Translations under genes and position numbers: made by a program
The notes under the pieces: generated by a model
Told to the model about the DNA's origin: nothing
The model's database searches: none
What the model saw: the letters and a program-made list of their open reading frames with translations, nothing else
NCBI GenBank assembly: GCA_951406725.2
Contig: OX597820.1
Coordinates: 76,446,001-76,510,000 of the forward strand
From: Octopus vulgaris
Lineage: Eukaryota
Reading direction: 5' to 3'
Length of the DNA stretch: 64,000 nucleotides
Shown here: positions 53,420-64,000 of the stretch, one piece after another
Numbering within the stretch: the first letter of the stretch is position 1
How the letters are laid out: each line of letters begins with the position of its first letter

Positions 53420-54030
53420 TACAGCGGTGATCTGGCAAAATTGTTATATCCCGGACGAAATCCTTAATGCCATTTGGTCAATCTTTATGTCCTGGGTTCA
53501 AACTCTGCCGGGATCCATTTTCGATGGCGTCCCTGTACTCGACTTACCACCGTCTCTAATTTTATTGGCTTTGTGCCAAAATTTGAAACCATATTTGTCC
53601 GGCTCAAGGTGGCGAGCTGGCAGAAACGTTATATGCCGCACGAAATGCTTAAAGTTATTTGATCCATCTTTACGTCCTGAGTTGAAACTCTACCAAGGTC
53701 CACTTTCGAAGTCGATAAAATAAATACCAGTTGAACACTGGGGTCCATTTACTCGACCAAGTCACTTCTCAAAATACGCTGGCCTTGTGCTAAAATTGAA
53801 ACCAAATTTGTCTGGCTCAAGGCGATGAGCTATCAGGATCGTTAGCACGCTAGTTAAAATGTTTCGTGGAATTTTGCCCGTCTTCACGTAAAGAATTCAA
53901 ATTCCACCAAAGTCAGTTTTATCATTCATCCCTACAGGATCGATAAAATGAGTACTAGCGAAGCACTGGGTTCGATCTAATTGACTTGTTCACTTCTCAC
54001 TTGTTGGTCTTGTACCAAATTTTAAAACAA
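53420..54030 (+). mobile_element. Head-to-tail cluster of three family A SINEs
   Basis: Three diverged copies of the same unit, joined by ATTTGTC.GGCTCAAGG. Confidence 0.8.
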
Positions 54031-54214
54031 TTATTTGCAACGAACTAAATACTTACTTCTGAAACGAGAGGGTATATTCGATTAAGTAAAATTTATTTAA
54101 ATAGAAAATACAGACAGTTACAGCTGAGTGATGTCACGCCTTTAATTGTAGAATGCTGTCTCCTTTCTGTCAATCTGCTGCCAAACGTATGCATACATAA
54201 ACGCACATACATAC

Positions 54215-54249
<35 letters not shown>

Positions 54250-54454
54250 TATATAAATGAAATGAATGAATGGCGAACGAACAAGAAATTGTGCAAGGAA
54301 CTTCCTTTGCTTATAATATCTTTCTGCTATAAGTTGCAGTGCGGACGGCAGGTACATCACCTCATAACATTCTCAGAGCTTCGAATTCTAACACCAGGAT
54401 ATTAATATCGATATGTCTAAGCGAAATGTGTGCGCGTGTATGTGTGTGTGTGGC

Positions 54455-54486
<32 letters not shown>

Positions 54487-54720
54487 CCGTAATAATGAAG
54501 GGTGAAATTAATTAATTTGGAATAATTATCAATAACACCAAGTAGTCTTCGGCATGTAAAAGCCTCATTCGAGGAAAATTTAAGTAATACAATTGCTGTT
54601 TTTACTGAGATCTCCCTTTTAGTAGAAGAAATAGCTATAACTCTTTGACTGCTATTTCTAAATTCGGTATGTGGTAAGGCAATTCGTTGCCAAACCCTTT
54701 ATTGCTTACTATATATATAT

Positions 54721-54810
<90 letters not shown>

Positions 54811-55111
54811 GTATATATATATATACATATATGTATATATATGGTGGCTGTTTACTCTTTATGCAGAGTTTGACCACCTCCTGTAACTGCATGTTAGAAC
54901 CATCATGGTATCTGGTGGTGGGTTTTAAAACCAGACAATGTTTTGAAAAGACACCCACGTCGTTTGCATATCCGATTTGGACCATCAAGAGCTGCCGTTA
55001 AGTTCTGATCTTTGTCGGTCTCAAAATGTCTCTTGAAGCCTCCGTTATATTACCAGACCTTCTGGTATAAATTGCATTGAAAGGTGTGTACAGATATATC
55101 GGCAGAATAGT

Positions 55112-55158
<47 letters not shown>

Positions 55159-55223
55159 CGCGTGTGTACCGTTGGCTATTCTTTTCCTCCGTCTTCCCTT
55201 CCTTGGATCTTTCCTTTTCCTAT

Positions 55224-55257
55224 GTTTCTGACGCGAGCTCCGCTCGAAACGTTAAAT
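55224..55257 (+). ncRNA. Hammerhead motif (family H3), core mutated
   Basis: GUUU-CUGACGC-GAGC(UCC)GCUC-GAAAC-GUU-AAAU. Confidence 0.55.
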
Positions 55258-55470
55258 CTTCCTTCTTTCTTTCCTTTCCTGAGCGTCTAATAACGCTATA
55301 CTTGTTCCACGTCCTCGCGTTGTTGTGTTTCTTTTGTGTTTCATGTTTGGATTAACTATATATATATATATATAGGGAGAATTCACAAAAAAACAAGAAA
55401 ACAAAAGACGAAAACAGGTGGTGTAGACAACAAACAGATGTATTAGTTTAACGCTTGGGAAGTGAAAAAG

Positions 55471-55507
55471 TCTTTAACGTTTCGAGCCTACGATCTTCCA
55501 TAGAAAG
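55471..55507 (-). ncRNA. Hammerhead variant H2, decayed copy
   Basis: CUUU-CUAUGGA-A-GAUC(GUAG)GCUC-GAAAC-GUU-AAAG; homologous to 23428-23465. Confidence 0.5.
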
Positions 55508-55905
55508 GAACACAGAAATAAACAAGGAAAGAAAATAAAGAATGTGTAGTGGCTAGCGTTCTATCATGGCAAATGCCGGACAGTGGGGTCACACAGGAGA
55601 GCTAGGAAGAAGAGGAGATAATAAAGTAGTGGTGATCCAAAAACGAAGGTTCGCGTGCGTGTGTATAAGGGAGAATACATGTGCATGTGGAAGAGGGCTG
55701 GTATCCTTGACGTGTACATGTGTGCATGTGTAGGTTTGTGGATGTGGGGGAGGGAAGTGGTCAGTGTTAACGTGTGCGCGGTGGTTTGATGTGACGTGAT
55801 GTGGTACTATGTGGAATGGTGGTGTATGGTGTACTGGTGTGTAGTGTGGTGTGATGGTGTTGGGATGTTGGGGAGGCGAGAGTGGGGAAAGCAAGGGTGA
55901 GGTGT

Positions 55906-55962
<57 letters not shown>

Positions 55963-57795
55963 TTTTATTTATATATGTATATATATATATACACCGTTTA
56001 AGTGGAGAAACATTAATAACAGTGAAGTGAAATCGATTCAGCTTACACTACATTATTTTGGCAATTCATATTTCAACCAAGACATGATAGAATATTATAT
56101 TCGTGCTGACATGGTTCAGTTAAACCATGTCCAAAGACTATGCTCCAAGTATGTTTTGCGTTGATTACAACAGGATAATGAAAATATCATGTTATATTCT
56201 CTAAAAGCAGGCGAAATGCTAAGCGGTATTTCGTCTGACATTACGTTCTAAGTTCAAATTCCGCAGAGGTCGACTTTGCCTTTCATCCTTTCGGGGTCGA
56301 TAAATTAAGTACTAGTTACACACTGAGGTCGATGTAATCGACTTAATCCGTTTGTCTATCCTTGTTTGTCACCTCTGTGTTTAGCCCCTTGTGGGTGGTA
56401 AAGAAATAGGTATTTCGTCTGCCGCAACGGTATTTCGTCTGCCCGCCCCTCCCACCAAATTTCAGACCTCCATTAGAAAGAAATTAAATTTAAGACTCTG
56501 TGAACAATCAGCATATCCACAGAAATAGTTTATATAAAGGTAAACATAATACCATAATTAAAATTAGAAATTAATGTTCTGCTAATAGGCGTAGATATCC
56601 CGCTGTGATTGGGAAGGTCGCTGCTTTGTAATCTAATGCTTTTGATTCAGTCCGACTGCATGGCACATTGGACCAGAATCTTGTAGCTTCTATCACAGCG
56701 ACGGGTTGACCAATGGTTTGTTCGTGAATTTGATAAAGGGAAACTCTGTACAAGCCTGTCGTGTGTGTGTATGTGTATGTATGTATGTATGTATGTATGT
56801 ATGTATGTATGTATGTATGTATGCATGTATGTATGTATGTATGTGTATGTATGTGTATATATATATATATGTGTGTGTGTGTGTATGTGTGTGTGTACGT
56901 TCTTGTGTGTATGCGTGTATGTATGCTCAAATGTGCCTATGTATGCGTTTGTGTTTTTTCCCCTGCCCTTGATAATCAGTGTTGGTTTGTTTGTGCCACC
57001 TAACTCAGCAGTTCGATAAAAGAGGCCGATAGATTAAGTACCAGACTTCAAAATATGTCCTAGTGTCCAATTGTTCGACTTAATCCACCTAGAGAGTGCT
57101 CCATAACGGCCGCAATCCATTGACTGAAACATGTAAAAGATAAATGAAAATAATACAATACGAATGAGGACAAAATAATAGAGAAAATTTCTAACTTTAT
57201 CTTAAGCTGGATATTCCTGTGATAATACGTATTATTTCAAGTTTTGGCAATTTTGAGCGAAGGGCAAGTTAATGACATTGCCCTTCCCCCAGATGCACAC
57301 CTAGGGCTTGACTACTCCTTAATTGTAAGATAGAATGGTAAAGTCGACTTCGGTAGAATTTGAACTCAGAACGCAAAGAACCGGTGGTAACGCTGTTAAG
57401 GATTTTATCTGATATCCTGATGATTCTTTCAGCTCACTTCCGCCTTGCTGCGACAATAAATATGAAAACAAAATGCATATGAAAGAAAAAGGTTGTCATT
57501 AGTATAATATAGTTTTACTCTCAGGAGAACGCCTGAAATTCTGAGGGAGGTGACTAGTGGTACCACCTATGTTATCGATTGCGAAAAGACGAAGGGCAAT
57601 GTCGACCTCGGTGGTATTTGGAATCAGAACGAAAAGACAGGTGGATTGTCGCTAGGTATTGTGTCGAGCGTGTTAACGACTCTGCCAATCTTTTGCTTTC
57701 CCACAACAATAAACGTGAAAACACAATGCCCATGAAATTAAAACGTCATTTAGTGTAATAAGAGATGTTAAATTTGTTCTTGTTCATGTGGTGGG

Positions 57796-58001
57796 TTAAA
57801 CAATTTAGCATTCAAACCGGCCAAATCCATCTCAAATATTCTACGTGCCTTATATTCAAACCGGCCTCTCTCACCTTCCCCACAATGTTATTGTAAAGAC
57901 GAACGAACAACCGCAAAGCTATGAGCTGATACGTGATTAATACAAAACGATGGGAATAAAGAAGCATTACACCTGGAGTACACGGAATGCTAAAGGGTTA
58001 A
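57796..58001. mobile_element. TTAA-flanked MITE (piggyBac-like)
   Basis: TTAA..TTTAGCATTC at the left and GAATGCTAAAGGG-TTAA at the right form imperfect terminal inverted repeats. Confidence 0.6.
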
Positions 58002-59944
58002 AAGAACTCATACCTTTCCATGTTATAAAGCATGCTCGAAAATTTCTGGGAATTTGGGCAAGTAAATCCTGTCGGCCGGGAAAATAAACTGTGGAGGCCA
58101 ATGCGGAAATCTTTGTATTGTCGCTCAACATGCTATAATAAGCAGGCAATTTTCTCATTAATCAAAAACCACCGATTTAAATGAGAAAGGACAGAGAGTT
58201 GGAATATTGTAGTTTTAAATACCATTAAAAAAATCATTGAAAATATCATTACTAGATTTCTTTTGTTTTTGTTTTTTCTGTTCACAGATTTATCGAATTT
58301 AGTTTGACCTAACTCTAAAGAACAACTTGCCTTGTCAGAAACATATCACTAAAATGATTGTTTAAATAACGCAGAGATAAAGAAAAAGAGAGATGGAGTG
58401 GAGGAGGATGAGGAGGAGGAAGGGAAGAAGGGAGGAGGAGGAGACAGACAAACAGACAGAGGTAACGGGTTGTTGAATGAGGGATACGATAGATCGGAGT
58501 TTGTTGAACATTAGCAAGATAATTTCCACGATAAAACAAATTTAAAGAAAGAATGATCAAAAACGAACAGTTAATATCGGAGAGGTTAAGCAAATAACGC
58601 CTTTCATAAAGAATGGTAGTTTGAAAATGATTTATTAGAAGCTATAAATTGAAAAGTAATCCCACTTGCAGATCTATGATGATCGTAGCTAAGACGCAGA
58701 ATAGAAATGTGTTGAATTATAGTTTTGAGAATACAGAGCAGCATATAAAAGAAAAACGAAACAGAGGAAGTTTACACAAAGCAAAACGTAGTGAATTGTG
58801 TAATTTGTATTACGTAAAATCAAAGGTCAAGCTGGGTGGGGAGTTTGCAATATTTCAGAAAAATAAATGGATTGGACGAGGTTTGAAGAGAAGCGGGAAT
58901 TCAGAAATGTGTACTCCTCCATTTAAAAGATATCGGGAAATCAATCATATTAATAGACTAGGGAACGGAATATGTGGTAACACAGAAATATAATGCATAG
59001 TTTAGAGAAATACGAGAGGGGGGATGTTAAGACAAGTAAAAACATAACGAAAAACAAACGATTGCAGTGAGAATATTTTTTAATAGAAGATCCTGCACAA
59101 ATAAATATTTACGTACGAAGTTGAGTTAGGTGTTTTGTAAAAAAATCAAAGATAACACTTGAAAAAGAAATAAAAATAATAACACACTGTTCAAAATGAA
59201 AGGAGAAATGTTAGATTACTGCGGGTCTTTGAGGCATAAAATAGTATATGTTCCGTTTACCATTGGGACGAATTGTACAGAAATTCGAAAAAGATTTAGT
59301 TTGAAAGAACAACCATCAATATGTTGAGATGTGCAGTAATATAAATACAATGCTATACTAACATAACAGGATAGAAACATATGAAAAGAAAAAGCAGTGA
59401 AGTGTAAAAGGAAATAGGAAAATAATATATCGTAAACCGTGTTTATGTATTGCGTTATATTTGGAATAGTAAAGGTAACATGGGAAATATGTAAAGGAGA
59501 AAAGTAAAACAACAATAATAACCCTTTCTGCTTTAAGTACAAGGCTTGAAATTTGGTAGGAGTGGTGCGGGGCAGTCGATTAGATCGACTCCAGTACGCA
59601 ATTGGTACTTAATTTATCGACCCCGAAAGGATGAAATGCAAAGTCGACCTCGGCGGAATTTGAACGCAGAACGTAGCGGCAGACGAAATACCTATTCCTT
59701 TACTACCCAGAAGGGGCTAAAGACAGATTGGACAAACAAGGACAGACAAATGGATTAAGTCGATTATATCGATCCCAGTGCGTAACTGGTACTTAATTTA
59801 TCGACCCCGAAAGGATGAAAGGCAAAGTCGACCTCGGCGGAATTTGAACTCAGAACGTAGCGACAGACGAAATACCGCTAGGCATTTCGCCCTACGTGCT
59901 AACGTTTCTGCCAGCTCAAAACAACAATAATAATAATAAATTGA

Positions 59945-60090
59945 TACATTATTTACATTCGACAGATATTTGTCCTCACCTTGTTTGTTGTTAACACAAC
60001 GTTTCGGCTGATATACCCTCCAGCCTTCTTCAGGTGTCTTGGGGAAAGTTCAAACTTGGGTTCTCATTCCTAAGGTATTTTTCGATGTTA

Positions 60091-60153
<63 letters not shown>

Positions 60154-60234
60154 CCATTGCTTGTAATTGAACTCGGAATCTTGGGGTTAGTAGCCCGCGC
60201 TCTTAAACACTACACCATATGTCCGTGGGCATAG
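59945..60234 (-). mobile_element. tRNA-headed, hammerhead-containing SINE, full-length copy
   Basis: Head 60150-60224, (AAT)n, intact hammerhead, tail. The head start is duplicated as a short imperfect palindrome (ATATGTCC-GT-GGGCATA). Confidence 0.8.
59993..60038 (-). ncRNA. Minimal type-I hammerhead ribozyme, intact core (family H1)
   Basis: GACAC-CUGAAGA-A-GGCUG(GAGGGUAUAU)CAGCC-GAAAC-GUU-GUGUU. Stem I GACAC/GUGUU, 5-bp stem II, palindromic ACGU stem III. Confidence 0.8.
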
Positions 60235-61533
60235 AACCAATAAAATGATAGTTTATCGTTTACTTGATTCAGTTATTGAACTGTGACTTGAAGGGATTTG
60301 AAGGGATTTAGTCGACCTGATCGACCCTACTACTTTTGATTTTTAGGCTTGATATATATCATATCGATTTCTTAGGCCTGGCCGATAAATTACGGCGACG
60401 TAAACAAACCAACGCTAATTGTCAAACGATGGGGTAAGAAACACAGATGCAAAGGCAAACATACGCACAAACACTCCCACACATACACACACGAACACAT
60501 ACACATATATACGATGGGATTCCACATAGTTTCCCTCCATTACAATCACACACAAGATAATTGTCGGAAAGGAGCTGTTATAGAAGACGTGTACCCAATG
60601 TGCCGCTGCGCAGTATGACTGATCCCAAAAGAGTGTGTTTACAAAACAGCTTTGTTAATTCTACAGGATAATCATTATCGTTATTTTTGCTCGGCAGCGA
60701 GCTGGTGGAATCGTTAGCAAACAGGGCAAAAAGCTTGACAGTATTTCTTCCATCTTTACATTTTGAGTTCAAATTACGACGAGGCTGATTTTGCCTTTCA
60801 GTATTTCGAGGGTCGATAAAATAAGTACCAGTTCAATGCTGGGGTCGATGTAATCGACTTAATCCCTTCCCTCTACTTAATCCCTATCCTCAAAGTGATG
60901 CAGCGATAAAAAATTTACGAAGCTCAATATAACCATCATAGCCACCCGTCTGATAAGGGCACACATCATACATGCATTATAACAATGTATGTACGTGATG
61001 GTGATCTTACATGAAAATAAACAGCGCATAACCTTGCAAGTGGGGCCAGTTAGAATTTTCAACACGCTCAAAAGGTCCCCGAATAAGGATTGTTTCCGGA
61101 TGAAGAACAAAACATCCATGTTTCCAAAGGCGAATTATTCAAACCCCCAAACACTTCCTATCAGCACATGGGTATGATACTTCCCTACTATTCCTGCTCG
61201 TGATCCGAGTTGCTATCAAGGCGGTGAGCTGGCAGAATCGTTAGCACGCCCGGCGAAATGCTTAGCAGTATTTCGTTTGCCGCTACGCCCTGAGTTCAAC
61301 TTCCGCCGAGGTCGATTTCACCTTTCAAAATCTCGGCGGCGATTAAATAAGTAACAGTTACGCCCTGGGATTGATGTAACCGACTTACCCACTTCCCGCA
61401 AATTTCAGGCCTTGTGCCTATAATAGAAAGGTTAATTATTATTATTGCTATAATAATAGCAATAATAATTCTTCTTCTTCTTCTCCTTCTTCTTCTTCTT
61501 CTTCTTCTTCTTCTTCTTCTTCTTCTTCTTCTT

Positions 61534-61614
<81 letters not shown>

Positions 61615-64000
61615 GAAGGAGGTGAGCTGGCAGAATCGTTAGCACATCGGGCGAAATGCCTATCGGTATTTTGCCCGTCGCTACGTTCTGAGTTCAAATT
61701 CCGCCGAAGTCGACTTTGCCTTTCATCCTTTCGGGGTTGATAAATTAAGTGCCAGCTTTGTACTGGGTCGATCTAATCGACTGGCCGCCTCCCACAAAAT
61801 TTCCTTGTGCCAATAAGATAAATGATTATTATCATTTTCTTCATATACACGCAACAGATTAGACTTAGAAAAGAAAACAAATCCGTACATCAGGCCACAA
61901 CAAATAACCTTACATGCCAAGAACCATCATAAGTATCCGGAAAGGGGGATTTCCAGGCTTCGTTTAAGCGCAAAAGGCAGTAAGATCTGTTGCCTTTATA
62001 GATTCTGTTGTACAAAGAATAGACCATATATATATGGTCTATTATATCCTATAATTTTAAATCATGAATATATTCTGAAAGCGATGTTGCACGAGGGCGT
62101 CTAGAGTTGGAGAGTTTTTATATAAGGAGACTCATTTCTTGAGTGAGCAGCATTTTTCTTTCACCTTTTACTTATTTCAGTCACTAGAGTGCGGCCATGC
62201 TGGGGCACCACATTAAAGAATGTTGTATCCGATTGAAACAACCTCAGTACTTTTCTTTTTGAGGCGGTACATATTTTATCAGTTTCTTTAGCAAAACGCT
62301 AAGTTACAGGGACGCAAACACGCCAACACCAAATGTTAAGCAGTAGGGGAGGGCAAACACAAAGACATACACATTGATATACTATACTATACATACATGC
62401 ATACACATATACCCCCCCACACACACACACGCATAGGCATCTTTCACTTTACTTCCCTAAGGATTTGGTCGGTAGACACTTGTTCAAAGTGCAATGCTAT
62501 GTGACTGAACTGGAAACCATGTGATTGGGATGCAAACGTCTTAGCCACGCCGGCACCTATAAATTGTATAGATTTACAGATTATTTGAAACTCTTCTCTA
62601 AAAGATGAAGCGTACATCGTTTCTGCTCTCAAAGTACTGTGGAAAAATGAACGAGTTTTTGTACTTCCTAATTATATCTTATTCAACAGCTCACATCTGT
62701 ACAATACTCAGTCCATTGCTATTTCAATAATTAAAAGAATAATGTAATTTTAGGAAGCTAAATGATACCAGGCATTTTTTTTTCTTGAGCTGTCTGTTTT
62801 CCATTATGTATGACATCTTTCAGCTGCCAGAAATTACCATAACTTTTTAATTATTGAAATAGTAATAATAATGGACTAAAAGTTTTCACAATTGTGAGCT
62901 GTTGAAATAATCTTTCTAAAAGGAGTGGATGTTCGAACATCAGTTTTAATTTGATCAAATTAAGGGTGTCATTGTTTGAGATTTATTAAATTTAAGTCAT
63001 TTCAACTTTCAAGAACTTTGCGAAGGCCTCCTTTAGAACAAAAGATGACAGTTAATGACAACTATACGACTTCTTGTGTAGTGTCTAATATCTCTGTAAC
63101 AACGTAAATAACGTCCACACATTTCCTCATAGATTTTCAATTCTCTGAACAATTCCACAAAATTCTAATAGTTTTCTATTTGTTAATTGTCATATTTTGT
63201 TAATTGTCATATGTTGTTTATTATTATATTAAAAAAGAATGAATCTTTAACCACCGAGCATACGATCCTTGGCTAACTTCCAGTAAAAAGTGAAAACGAT
63301 GGTGAAATTAGCGAAAGAAGTTCAATAAATTTAGCGAACGGTATTTACAGAACCGAGATCCGCCTTGCAGTGTGGCTTATTTTTTGTAAACCCTTTCTAG
63401 TATTTGTCTATATCCTTTTAGGGCATCATCAGGTTTTACTTATGTTGATTTCAAATTTCAACATATAGCTAGCAATTTCGGGGCGGGACTTAGTCAATTT
63501 TGTTGACCCCTATGTTCAACTGGTACTTATTTTATCGACACGGAAAGGATGAAGGGCAAAGTCGACCTACAATTCCGGGGAGGAGGTAAGTCGATTACAT
63601 TGACCCCAGTAGACAACTGGTAAAAGGTAAAATTGACTTCGACGGAGTTTTAACTCTGAACGTAAGGACGGACGAAATGCAGCTAAACATTCTGCTCGGC
63701 GTGCTAACGACTCTGCCAACGCGACGCCTTCAGGATTTAACTATAATACCTGTATTGATATTACTCAAATTAGAATATTACTTGTAAAATTTAATCTTCA
63801 GTACGCAAAAGCAAATAACAAAGATCAACCGCCCCCCCCAAAAAAACAAAACAAAAAAGAAACAACAAACAAACAAACACGCAAGTAATATATAAACATA
63901 ACATGCTAAAACCTGAAGGAGCCATCATCGAAGAAAGCCGAAGATTTTGACAAGAGTTAAGTAAATAGATGAGTTAGACAAGCAGAATTCCGCACAGTCT

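Noticed and set aside
54630-54665. TAGAAATAGCA on the minus strand, resembling the Cas9 sgRNA scaffold; also CRISPR-like repeat spacing in SINE arrays
   Set aside because: Short chance match in eukaryotic DNA; no cas genes and no constant-repeat/unique-spacer array.

Overview
AT-rich, repeat-saturated animal genomic DNA. The SINE families, (TA)n/(AAT)n/(ATAC)n density and LINE complement suggest a coleoid cephalopod such as Octopus (inference from remembered repeat consensus, not a database hit). The only host gene I can support is the last two coding exons of a minus-strand SLC6 (Na+/Cl- neurotransmitter/amino-acid symporter) gene at 41036-41197 and 39924-40238. No upstream exon was recognisable, so 41198-64000 is probably one large intron. 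The rest is decayed LINEs (CR1/L2-group, RTE/BovB-like, R4/Dong-like), a hAT transposase relic, Helitron/Helentron-type and TTAA MITEs, several tRNA-derived SINE families and microsatellites. Most ORFs in the supplied track are microsatellite artefacts. The main hidden signal is at least 11 minimal type-I hammerhead ribozyme motifs from about 5 sequence families, with the palindromic stem III known from Penelope-associated hammerheads that cleave as dimers. One family sits inside a tRNA-headed SINE whose copies show inversion junctions: a candidate Pol III-driven, ribozyme-carrying, Penelope-mobilised SINE. A conserved pseudoknot-plus-hairpin module also occurs in two (TA)n-embedded elements.
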